Of a DNA stretch of 64,000 nt, positions 41,164 to 50,057 are shown piece after piece. The DNA lies in contig CAVPNL010000002.1 in assembly GCA_963706575.1 (NCBI GenBank), forward strand, positions 114,022 through 178,021, in the 5' to 3' direction. This stretch comes from an uncultured delta proteobacterium. Lineage in GTDB: Bacteria > Desulfobacterota > Desulfobacteria > Desulfobacterales > JAHEIW01. Positions within the stretch are counted from its first letter, which is position 1; the number at the start of each line of letters is the position of its first letter. Under the pieces are notes generated by a model, which was not told the origin of the DNA, ran no database searches, and saw only the letters and a program-made list of their open reading frames with translations. A program made the position numbers and the translations under genes.

Positions 41164-41180
41164 TTGGAATGCCTTTTGCA
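41164..41180 (+). promoter_or_regulatory. Putative sigma54 (-24/-12) promoter
   Basis: TTGGAATGCCTTTTGCA: GG-N10-GC spacing with TTGCA; AT-rich upstream region. Confidence 0.5.
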
Positions 41181-41392
41181 TCAATTAAGTCTTGGATACT
41201 TTTGTCCTTAAAAACTAAGCGGCGGCTACAGAGCATAAATACAACTGAGTAAATCTGATCTTCTTTATCAATTTTAAGTATCAACCATTTCATCAAAAGG
41301 ATTTGAAAGTGCATATAATTAATCGCAAAACAACAGAAAGACGTTCTGGAGGAAATGGACGAGATTCATATGCTCTAGATGGTTATCGAAAT

Positions 41393-41788
41393 ATGGGATT
41401 CAAAAACAGGAAGTCTACCGTTTTAACAATTTGCCTTTGTTTTATAGGGATTACGGGCTGTGCTGTCATGCAGGGCAATCTGACGAAAACGTATGAATCG
41501 GAATACCACAATACAGTCCGCGCAAGCAGCGACACATTAAAAAATTTAAAAATACCCGTAACTGAAAAAATGTCGGATGAATTAAAAACAGTAATGAATG
41601 CAAAACGTTTTGATGGAACTCCGGTCACAATTGAAGTTGTGAGAATAAATCAGAATCGGACAGAGGTTTCTGTGAGAACCGGCAAAGGGGTAGTTTTGGA
41701 TAAAAGAGTTTCAACGCAACTTCATGAATTTATTAGTGAGAAATATAATACAGCAAACAAAACAAGGCATTACGGAGGAAGACCTTGA
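41393..41788 (+). CDS. DUF3568-like lipoprotein, possibly the 5' part of a frameshifted fusion
   Basis: Lipobox ITGC; A...L..LKIP, DGTPVTI, TEVSVRTG. Confidence 0.65.
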   Translation: MGFKNRKSTVLTICLCFIGITGCAVMQGNLTKTYESEYHNTVRASSDTLKNLKIPVTEKMSDELKTVMNAKRFDGTPVTIEVVRINQNRTEVSVRTGKGVVLDKRVSTQLHEFISEKYNTANKTRHYGGRP

Positions 41789-42221
41789 TGCCGATTCTGG
41801 CCAAGAAATAATTTCTGCCGGATCTGGCAGCGAGCATGACGATCAAATGCAAGCCGAGCGTCGGTTGAAATTGGCTGGGGTTTTTACGGACTCCGTCTTC
41901 ATAATTTATTTTAATCAAGATTCAAATGAACTTACGCAAAAAGCCGAGGAAAAACTTGATCGGGTTTCTGAAATTATATTTAAAAACCCAAAAGTTGACA
42001 TTACGCTAAATGGTTATACGGATTCAATCGGAGCACCGTCATACAACAAAATCGTATCTGAGAATCGGGCCAATGTGGTCAAGATCTATCTCATTGGAAA
42101 AGGTGTCGATCCTTCTAAAATAAAAACAATCGGCTACGGACCACAAAATTTTTTGGCAAGCAATAAAACAAAAGAAGGAAGACGATTTAATCGGAGAGTT
42201 GAAATTGAGCTTATACCCTGA
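41724..42221 (+). CDS. OmpA-like peptidoglycan-binding domain ORF without a signal peptide, possibly the 3' part of a frameshifted fusion
   Basis: IYFNQDS, GYTDSIG, RANVVK, NRRVEI; overlaps the upstream ORF by 65 nt. Confidence 0.75.
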   Translation: MNLLVRNIIQQTKQGITEEDLDADSGQEIISAGSGSEHDDQMQAERRLKLAGVFTDSVFIIYFNQDSNELTQKAEEKLDRVSEIIFKNPKVDITLNGYTDSIGAPSYNKIVSENRANVVKIYLIGKGVDPSKIKTIGYGPQNFLASNKTKEGRRFNRRVEIELIP

Positions 42222-42270
42222 TAACATGATAAACTAAATAATATCATCTTAATTAATGAGGAGGAATGTT

Positions 42271-42993
42271 ATGTTCAAGAAATTATCAGTCCTTGCTTTG
42301 TGTTCGTCTTTGATTTTGCTTTCAGCATGTGTTTCCAAAAAAGAGTATGTAGCGCTCGAAACCAAATCGAATCAAACCCAGGCTCAATTGGAGCTGGACA
42401 AACAAAATCTTCAGGCCCAAATATCCAAATTAAATAGCGAAAAAAATCGTCTTTTAGATACGGTCGAGGGGTTGCAGACGGAGTTGAAGCAGGAAAAACT
42501 TGCCGTTAAACAAAAAGAAAAAGAAGTTTCGGAATTAGACAAAACCCGTATGGAAATAGAATCCAGCCTGAAAGAGCAAATCGCTCAAAAGGACATAAAA
42601 TTAGAGGAAATTGAAGGTAAATTAAAAGTCACTTTTGTCGATAAAATTCTTTTTGATTCAGGCAGTGTCATGATCAAAACGAAAGGCCAGGAAGTTTTAT
42701 TAAAATTGGCAGATTCTTTCAGAGATAATGAAGCTCAAAATATAGCGGTAGAAGGCCATACAGATGAAGTTCAAATCGGCGCAGCTTTGATCGATAGATT
42801 CCCGACAAACTGGGAGTTGTCGACAGCAAGGGCCACCGCAGTCGTCCGTTTTTTACAGGAAAAAGGAAATATTGCACCAGAACGACTAACCGCCAGCGGG
42901 TTTAGTTTTTACCGGGCCGTTGCAACAAATGATACACCGGAAGGACGAGAGCAGAATCGAAGAATAGAAATTATTTTGATTCCAGTCCGATAG
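42271..42993 (+). CDS. OmpA/MotB-family lipoprotein with a coiled coil
   Basis: Lipobox LSAC; ILFDSG, VEGHTD, NWELSTARA, NRRIEI; GAGGAGG RBS. Confidence 0.88.
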   Translation: MFKKLSVLALCSSLILLSACVSKKEYVALETKSNQTQAQLELDKQNLQAQISKLNSEKNRLLDTVEGLQTELKQEKLAVKQKEKEVSELDKTRMEIESSLKEQIAQKDIKLEEIEGKLKVTFVDKILFDSGSVMIKTKGQEVLLKLADSFRDNEAQNIAVEGHTDEVQIGAALIDRFPTNWELSTARATAVVRFLQEKGNIAPERLTASGFSFYRAVATNDTPEGREQNRRIEIILIPVR

Positions 42994-43091
42994 ATAAATT
43001 TCATCTATCTTTCTTTAAGCTTAGACGGTCCTATTCATATCAAAACATAGCCCTTTTTGAAAAAGTGGCCGATTTAATATTTTTCGGACCG

Positions 43092-43136
43092 ATAATAAAA
43101 ATGCAGGATTAACGACCTGTCCTGCATTTTTATTAT
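43092..43136. terminator. Bidirectional terminator-like hairpin between convergent genes
   Basis: 17-bp inverted repeat ATAATAAAAATGCAGGA/TCCTGCATTTTTATTAT. Confidence 0.7.
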
Positions 43137-43242
43137 ATAATAACTATAGGTTATAATTTATAGTTAATGTATTTTATTAATTAATTATCGAGTTTTGTTT
43201 TCCCGAATTACACTAGAATTTTATTTTACCTTTCACACATGG

Positions 43243-44877
43243 TTAATTTTGTCCATCCCGCCAATAAGGATTAATGAGATCCTCGAAAATCGTCATGGCG
43301 GCTTCGGCGCCCTGGCCCGAAGCGGTGACGATCTGCTTGTAGCCCCCTTCCACATCGCCGGCTGAATAAACGCCTGGAATCGTGGTTCGGTGCTTGCCGT
43401 CCTGTTTAATAAATCCTTCTTCATTGACTTCCAGACCGATCTTCTGAGCCAGTTCCACCGCTGGGGTATAGCCGATGGCAATAAAGACCCCGTCAGTCTC
43501 AAATGCTGTTGTCTCTTCGGTTTTATTGTTAACCAATAAAATTTGCTCCACCCGTTCTTCTCCTCGAATCTCTTTGACTTCGGTGTCCCAGAGTATGGGA
43601 ATATTATTTTCAGTCAGCTGCCGGGACAGAAATTCCTGGGCGCGCAATTTATCCCGTCGATGAATCAGGGTCACATCAATGCCCATGTGAAAGAGGTGCA
43701 GGGCTTCAGTGACCGCACTGTTACCGCCGCCGACCATCACAACTTTTTTGCCTTTAAACAGCGGACCGTCGCAGGTACTGCAGTAGCTGACCCCTCTTCC
43801 GGACAAGCGAGCTTCACCGGGGATGTTCAGGTGGCGATGACTGGCACCGGTGGCCAGCAGGATGGTTTTGGTGTGAAATTGTCTCCGGTTGGTCTTGACG
43901 ACAAATGGCGGGCCGGACTGGATATCCACCACTGCTTCACCCTGAAAAATCTGCACGTATTGCAGGGCGTGGCTGACCATAATATCAACCAGCGATTTGC
44001 CGCCTACCGATGTAAACCCGGGATAATTTTCAACGATCGGAGTGGTGGCCACCTGGCCGCCAAGGGCGTCGCGTTCGACAATTGACGTGCGCATTCCACT
44101 GCGGACCGCATAAATACCTGCGGTTAAACCGGCCGGCCCCCCGCCCACAATCAGCAGGTCGGTTTCTATCAACTCGGCATCACTTTCCGGAATAAAGATG
44201 GTCTGGGCCTCCATTTTTACCAGCGAAAGAACAAAAACTTCCTCCGGCTGGGCACCCTGGCCGATAAGCACGTCGTTGGCAAATGCCTGGGGCACACTCT
44301 GGGCTGAATATTGTTGGGCCAGTTCCGGTTCACTCTGGATATCGACAATTTCCAGCGATATCCGATCCGGCATCTCGATGGCGGTTTTGACTGCATTAAT
44401 GGCTTGCTGGGGACAATACGGGCAGGTCGGGCTGACAAATATTTTAATCTTTTTGTCGGAATCAATCCGTTTGATCACTTTTAAGGATTGATCGCTCAAC
44501 TGACTTTTCCCCATACCGATAAGAATCAAAATTTCAAGAAACGTTCGGGCCTCTTCTCCCATCGGGGCCCCCAGCCACTGGATTGAATATTTTTCCGGGG
44601 CAATCAGCAGCGTAGGAGAATGGGTCACATTCCATTTTTGGGCCAGCTCATGGTCCAGATCATATTCACGCAGCCTAATTTTGTCGCTCAACTGGCGAAA
44701 AGCGCGAATCACCTCCCGATTGGCATGGGTAAAAACATCTTCATGCCCTTTGGCGGTAAACAGGAAAAGTGGAATTTCATTGGGCAATTGATCAAAGGTC
44801 GTTTTCAGCTGCTGAAGATAGGCCTGACTGGCCATCTCACTTTCCCGGGGATCCATGTAAGACGTATCCTGCTGCAT
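43243..44877 (-). CDS. AhpF-like thioredoxin-disulfide reductase with N-terminal thioredoxin-fold domains
   Basis: CPYC; GGGPAG, GRGVSYCSTCDG, GGGNSA, AGD. Confidence 0.9.
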   Translation of the reverse strand: MQQDTSYMDPRESEMASQAYLQQLKTTFDQLPNEIPLFLFTAKGHEDVFTHANREVIRAFRQLSDKIRLREYDLDHELAQKWNVTHSPTLLIAPEKYSIQWLGAPMGEEARTFLEILILIGMGKSQLSDQSLKVIKRIDSDKKIKIFVSPTCPYCPQQAINAVKTAIEMPDRISLEIVDIQSEPELAQQYSAQSVPQAFANDVLIGQGAQPEEVFVLSLVKMEAQTIFIPESDAELIETDLLIVGGGPAGLTAGIYAVRSGMRTSIVERDALGGQVATTPIVENYPGFTSVGGKSLVDIMVSHALQYVQIFQGEAVVDIQSGPPFVVKTNRRQFHTKTILLATGASHRHLNIPGEARLSGRGVSYCSTCDGPLFKGKKVVMVGGGNSAVTEALHLFHMGIDVTLIHRRDKLRAQEFLSRQLTENNIPILWDTEVKEIRGEERVEQILLVNNKTEETTAFETDGVFIAIGYTPAVELAQKIGLEVNEEGFIKQDGKHRTTIPGVYSAGDVEGGYKQIVTASGQGAEAAMTIFEDLINPYWRDGQN

Positions 44878-44902
44878 TTTATATCCTTCCCGTTTGTTCT
44901 AT

Positions 44903-45043
44903 AAGTGGTTTCAAAACTTCAGATCAGGCCCAAGGGCAAGGCGTCAGGCCGATCGGGAAAGCGCAGCATACATGGGTATGTGAGCATTTATCGGAGGCCT
45001 GCAACGCAGCCATTGGGCCTTAGATGGGGTTTTGAGACCACTT
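44903..45043. mobile_element. MITE/REPIN-like palindromic non-coding element
   Basis: Terminal IR AAGTGGTTTCAAAAC/GTTTTGAGACCACTT; nested IRs AGGCCCAA/TTGGGCCT, CAGGCC/GGCCTG, CATAC/GTATG; central GCGCAGC. Confidence 0.65.
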
Positions 45044-45114
45044 CTATTGTTTCGCCGGTATCTCTGTCCAACCCGGCACCTGCAAAATGTTTTATTCTAT
45101 TTAGTGAACACAAT

Positions 45115-45143
45115 ATTTTAAGTATAACAAAGGTGTGTGTCAA
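45115..45143 (-). promoter_or_regulatory. Putative sigma70 promoter for the AhpF-like gene
   Basis: Minus strand TTGACA-17 nt-TAAAAT. Confidence 0.55.
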
Positions 45144-45208
45144 CCGGGTTTAACCACTTAAGAAGAAAAAGTTGGAGGATGCAAAAGTCGTTGATTATAC
45201 AATATAAG

Positions 45209-46117
45209 TTATTCTATCAGCATACGTAAATTCTCTGCAGCCTGCGACGCAGGTATCCATTTTAACCGGCGATTAGGCCCTCTTGATAATATAAAGCTGT
45301 TTGCATATTTTCCCTCAAGTGATTCGATAAAAACCTGGGCATCTTCAACGCGACCTTCCCGAATATAACGATGGGCAAGATAATTTTCGAGGTTCGGCAT
45401 AGCTTCCGTTCCCCGATCGGTGGCGATGTTTTGAAATTTATCATTTTCGCGTAGCATATTGTAGTATTCTTCTACATCGTTGCCTTTCCGCAAGAAGACT
45501 GATCTTAAACCGCGTTCGGCGATGGCCATACCGGTAGCATAGGCATCCGGAAATTTGGCAAGCATTTCATTAAAAGCTTTTTCTTGATCCTCAGCATAGC
45601 CCGCACCTCTCCTTCGCAGACGCGCGCGATCATAGAGAGCCATTAATTCTTCATTATATTGATTTCGATCTAATTCGTGTAGTTCACGGTTTCTTGCCAA
45701 TGTCTGTTCCCGATAATTGCTCACCAGATCCTGTAAAGCATAATCTTCATAGATCTTTGATAGGATTGTGGGATCGAGGTCTTCACTGGCTGCCAGCTGA
45801 TCCAGTCCGGTGGAGCTAATAATTTGTGCCAGTTGTTGAACCTTTTTGCGGTGATCGGAGGCGGACTCGTCCTCGCTTCTCGATGCGAGTGGGGATTTTT
45901 TTAAAGGACTCCGCCCGATATTATTCTCAGCAGATTTATAGTGTTTTTCAAAATCCGCGAAAGATTGACGAAGAGCCGCAAGATCATCACGGTATTCCGT
46001 TACTAATTTTTTTGAAGAAACATAAACACGATAACTAAAAAATATGGAAGCCATGCAAATAACAGCAGATAAAACGGCAACTATTACGCTGACATTCCTT
46101 ATCTTCTCTTTATCCAT
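45209..46117 (-). CDS. Membrane-anchored helical hypothetical protein
   Basis: N-terminal TM segment, coiled region, TPR-like helical C-terminus. Confidence 0.65.
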   Translation of the reverse strand: MDKEKIRNVSVIVAVLSAVICMASIFFSYRVYVSSKKLVTEYRDDLAALRQSFADFEKHYKSAENNIGRSPLKKSPLASRSEDESASDHRKKVQQLAQIISSTGLDQLAASEDLDPTILSKIYEDYALQDLVSNYREQTLARNRELHELDRNQYNEELMALYDRARLRRRGAGYAEDQEKAFNEMLAKFPDAYATGMAIAERGLRSVFLRKGNDVEEYYNMLRENDKFQNIATDRGTEAMPNLENYLAHRYIREGRVEDAQVFIESLEGKYANSFILSRGPNRRLKWIPASQAAENLRMLIE

Positions 46118-46260
46118 CGGTTTTTCCCTAATAAATGATAATAATCAACAATTTCGGTAATACTGATATGTTGGAGCAAGATATCTGCAGTTTGATGAGC
46201 TCAGAATTAAAAAAGATAAATGGAGGGCGTCTCTACTTCACAATTTTTTTCCATTATTTT

Positions 46261-47409
46261 TTATTCTTGTCGCCTACCTTTTATTAATCCGCGGACGAAG
46301 ATATCTTGACCTTCTGCAGTGCCTTGGAAAGATTGACCATCTGAAGAAATTTGCAATTTAATAAAATATGAATACATATCCTCTAATTTTCCCTTGAAAT
46401 TACTCCCGACAACACTTCCCTCAATTTCATATGCAGAATTTTTGGTGGATACCACCGTGTCGTCACTTTGCTTTAAAACCCATGTGCCTTGTGCATAGCG
46501 GAATCCTTCAACTTTCCATTTTCCGCTCCATGGTTCGATATTGCGCTTTTTATCATTAGAAATCGAAGCAATTTGAGTTTCAGATGCACTTTCTGGAGCA
46601 ATTTGTGATTTCCTACCCGCCTCAGTTTTAGAGGTACTTTTGTTCGAGTTGAAATAAAAATCTCCCATCAAGGATGAAGATTCCCATGGGATTTGGCGAC
46701 CATTGGTCTGTCTGGCCACATCGATTCTAACACGCTTTAGGACCTGCTCAATCAGCAGATTGGACGTCATCATATGTTGAATCAAGTGCTTTGTAAAAAT
46801 GCCGTTTCTATCAGGACCATCGGCGGCAACCTCGCCCGGAGCGGTTGAATAGGCAACCAGAGAACCGGTGGGCGCATCCATGCGTGCCAGGCCGCTTTGA
46901 GCGGATCGAAAGGCTCTGGCGTAAGGATTGTTGCGGCAGGCATCCAGTATCACGATATTTAGCCGGTTTTCAGCGTCCTCCATCTTTCCCAGTATCCGGC
47001 CGGCATCTACGGCTTCGTATTTGACATCGGATTCGGATTCAATTTTGGCATCAACAGGAATAAGATAATTACGTCCTTCTACCTGGACCCCATGCCCTGC
47101 AAAATAAAATAACCCAACACCGCCATTTCTCAGTTGCCGGCCGAAATGGCGGATGCTGTCTTCCATGGTTCTCTGATCCGCATCTTTCTTGAGAATAACT
47201 TTAAAGCCTAACTTTTTGAGAGTTGCCGCCATATCCTCGGCATCGTTTATAGAATTTTTAAGTGGTGCGGTCCGATAGGCGCCGTTGCCGATAACAAGAG
47301 CAAGTCGGTCTACATTCAGCTTGATTCCACGTTCTTGTGCAGCCTGGACAGCAGCTGCGTAGAGCAAAAGCAGGGATGTAATAAGGACTGTGAATTTTCT
47401 GAGTATCAT
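46261..47409 (-). CDS. Exported caspase-family (peptidase C14) protein with a C-terminal beta-rich domain
   Basis: Signal peptide (VQA-A); ALVIGNGAY, FYFAGHG, ILDACR (His-Cys dyad), YSTAPG, QIPW. Confidence 0.88.
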   Translation of the reverse strand: MILRKFTVLITSLLLLYAAAVQAAQERGIKLNVDRLALVIGNGAYRTAPLKNSINDAEDMAATLKKLGFKVILKKDADQRTMEDSIRHFGRQLRNGGVGLFYFAGHGVQVEGRNYLIPVDAKIESESDVKYEAVDAGRILGKMEDAENRLNIVILDACRNNPYARAFRSAQSGLARMDAPTGSLVAYSTAPGEVAADGPDRNGIFTKHLIQHMMTSNLLIEQVLKRVRIDVARQTNGRQIPWESSSLMGDFYFNSNKSTSKTEAGRKSQIAPESASETQIASISNDKKRNIEPWSGKWKVEGFRYAQGTWVLKQSDDTVVSTKNSAYEIEGSVVGSNFKGKLEDMYSYFIKLQISSDGQSFQGTAEGQDIFVRGLIKGRRQE

Positions 47410-47799
47410 TCTAAAGCCCATTTCTTTTAGCAAATATAGGGGGGTGTTCGTGAATTTCGACAATATTTTACCGGGTATTTTTTGTCAAATCCAATATCCG
47501 TGAAGTTTAGATACATTGAGGGCATCCAAAAATTGTTGAAATTTCAGATATGAAATGGATATCTGCAGCCTACCGCATTTTTAAATCTGGTGTCAAACCT
47601 TAGGCCCGGAAAATGAGGCTTTAAGGCGATAGAAAGGGCAAATCCATAGGCTCGGATTCACCCTTCTGAGTTGTGATTAAAATTGAATATCACGGGTTTT
47701 TTTAGATTTGATATTTGCCGATTTGTTGGAGTTATATGTACCTTTGGAGTGACTGATCTAACTAAGTTAGGAGAAATCGTTAATTTTCGGTAAATAAAA

Positions 47800-47825
47800 A
47801 GGCAGAGTTATTGCAAACTCTGCCT
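47800..47825 (-). terminator. Rho-independent terminator
   Basis: AGGCAGAGTT/AACTCTGCCT hairpin followed by a T-run on the minus strand, just after the stop at 47852. Confidence 0.7.
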
Positions 47826-47851
47826 CCTTGAGACATAAACTGATATTCGCT

Positions 47852-48361
47852 TCAAGGTATTTTCCAACTACCCTTGCTTATTGAAAAGCTTGCACTAATT
47901 CCTTCGGCAGGACCTTTTAAAGACGTTCTGGTAAATTCACCACTTCCAGTCATACCCGTACATTTTCCGGTACCACCAACAAGAGTGTAAGAGCCCTTCA
48001 TTGGGGCTCCCATTTTACCATCCCCTTCATAAGACATGTATATTTTGTCATCATCGGGGCGGGTCATTGTGCAAAGACCAGATTCTTTTAATATACCTTT
48101 CATCCCCTTAATTGACCCTACACATAGCGCTGATGTCATGTAAAAAGGGCTTGTTTCATTAATATCGGTTCCTGAAACACCTCGGGCCTCATAATTGATT
48201 ACAACATTCTCTTTTCCCTGCGCATGAATCTGAGCGCTGCCTGTGTAATAATAAGTTCCCGTGCCAGATCCTTCCTTTGCCATTTCTGCACCAAAGACTA
48301 ATCCAGCTATAGCCAGTAAAAAAAATGTGAGAATTGACACCGTCAATGCCTTTTTCATCAT
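47852..48361 (-). CDS. Exported beta-rich hypothetical protein
   Basis: AGGAGG RBS, signal peptide, DKIY, GGTGKCTGMTGSG. Confidence 0.75.
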   Translation of the reverse strand: MMKKALTVSILTFFLLAIAGLVFGAEMAKEGSGTGTYYYTGSAQIHAQGKENVVINYEARGVSGTDINETSPFYMTSALCVGSIKGMKGILKESGLCTMTRPDDDKIYMSYEGDGKMGAPMKGSYTLVGGTGKCTGMTGSGEFTRTSLKGPAEGISASFSISKGSWKIP

Positions 48362-48696
48362 AACCTCCTTTCCTGTGGTGCGATGAATTTAGCAGGTTAA
48401 TGAGGCTCCCAACAGGAAAAAATATACCTGTTAGGAGCGAAGCGGGCACAATTTAAGAAGATTCTCCATATGCCTTTACCTAAGTTTAGGCTTAAATTTT
48501 CAGAGGGTGTATCTTTTACTTGGAAAGCGAATTAGAATTTCTGATTTGGCTCAACAGGTGAATTTGAGTAGCAGAGAAAATTGATAATGAAGTCAAGGTT
48601 CGTTTGAGATTGAGCATCTACAAGCGCACATCTGACAAATTTATATTTGAATACAGATTAAGATGTCAACAAAAATACATTTATCTTAAATAAAGA

Positions 48697-48915
48697 TTAT
48701 ACTAAACAAAATCCCAAAAGAGTCCCAATCAGTCCCACCATGACATCTGCTGTATCCGGTGTTCGACCAGGTATGAAAAACTGAACTCCCTCTATGATAT
48801 ACGGATGTATGAGTATCAAGCCGAGATAAGGATATTTAAAGCGTTTAAAAGCTGGATACGATAAAGCCATCATCATACCCAAAACAAAGTGCTGAAGAGT
48901 TGCAGCGTCTATCAT
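48697..48915 (-). CDS. Small VanZ-like membrane protein, possibly truncated
   Basis: HF, IEGVQFFIPGR..D..D pattern with hydrophobic segments. Confidence 0.5.
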   Translation of the reverse strand: MIDAATLQHFVLGMMMALSYPAFKRFKYPYLGLILIHPYIIEGVQFFIPGRTPDTADVMVGLIGTLLGFCLV

Positions 48916-49169
48916 GGTATCAGCCTTTTGGCAGCGTCGAGTCAATTATGACAGCCTGCCAATATAATTTTTTGAACTCGGTCGTAAATTTAATACCGAC
49001 AAAATCATCAAATTTCAATACGGCAACTGGCGTATTTTTTATAATAAATTAAATAATTGTGTGATTAGTAAAGTATTAGGATTTTGCTGGTAGGTGCCAA
49101 GAGTGTCTAATACAAAAGCACTAGATTTTATAATGGAGTGTCGTAGAGGAAATATGGTTGGGGGATAGG

Positions 49170-49874
49170 CTAGAGATCAGATGCATTGATTTGCAGCAGC
49201 GCCCGGGCGAGTTTAAGATCTTCTTGGCTGGTGATCTTTATGTTGTTGCGGCTGCCGGGCATAATTTTAACAACCTCTCCCAGGCGTTCCACAAGTGAGG
49301 CATCATCCGTTCCCTTAAAACCTTCCTGTTTCGCAATTCCATGCGCCTTTTTGATCAGTTTCAACTGAAAGGCCTGGGGTGTCTGGGCCAGCCACAGCGT
49401 GTCTCTCTTGTGAGTTTCAATAATCTCGTTTTTCGCATTGACATGCTTAACGGTATCAAACGCCGGAATGCCTAAAATACAGGCACCATGTTTTTTGGCG
49501 CCGTCGATACAAACAACCAGATCTTCCGGGTTCACAAAAGGGCGGACTCCGTCATGAATCAGAACAATGCCGTCGTCCTTTTCGATGGCTTTCAGGCTGT
49601 TATATACGGAATCCTGCCGTCTTGCCCCCCCGATGACAAGAATTGCCTCTTTTTTCATATTGGCAGCAGGTATAATTTCATTGCGGCAATAATCGATATC
49701 ATCTTTGGGCACAGCCATAATAATTCGATCTATCCGATCACAGTGATCAAATACACCCAGGGTGCGGCTTAACATCGGTATCCCGTCCAAGACGATATAC
49801 TGCTTGCGTACAGAATCACTCATACGAATCCCTTTGCCTGCCGCCACGATAATTGCGTGTACCTTTGCCTTCAC
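49170..49874 (-). CDS. ispD: 2-C-methyl-D-erythritol 4-phosphate cytidylyltransferase
   Basis: AAGKGIRM, GGARRQDSV, IHDGVRP, AQTPQAF, TDDASLVE, NIKIT. Confidence 0.96.
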   Translation of the reverse strand: MKAKVHAIIVAAGKGIRMSDSVRKQYIVLDGIPMLSRTLGVFDHCDRIDRIIMAVPKDDIDYCRNEIIPAANMKKEAILVIGGARRQDSVYNSLKAIEKDDGIVLIHDGVRPFVNPEDLVVCIDGAKKHGACILGIPAFDTVKHVNAKNEIIETHKRDTLWLAQTPQAFQLKLIKKAHGIAKQEGFKGTDDASLVERLGEVVKIMPGSRNNIKITSQEDLKLARALLQINASDL

Positions 49875-49933
49875 TGAATCGCCCTTAATGTATCGGGTAT
49901 ATAATACATTTTTATTGCTCTTTTTGAGACCAA

Positions 49934-50057
49934 AAGTGACTAAAGTGAGCTCAAGTGACTAAAGTGCCTAAAATTAATGAATTCTAACATTTAAGATGAA
50001 GCGCAGCGACACCATAACTTTAGGCACTTTAGTCATCTTAGTCACTTTAGCTCACTT
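49934..50057. repeat. Family-A micro-repeat palindromic element (copy 3)
   Basis: AAGTGACTAAAGTGAGCTCAAGTGACTAAAGTGCCTAAA, core GAATTCTAACATTT...GAAGCGCAGCGACACC, right arm TTTAGGCACTTTAGTCA...CTTTAGCTCACTT. Confidence 0.85.

Noticed and set aside
44905..45153. 82-aa ORF
   Set aside because: It runs through the palindromic element and a promoter and has no protein-like features.
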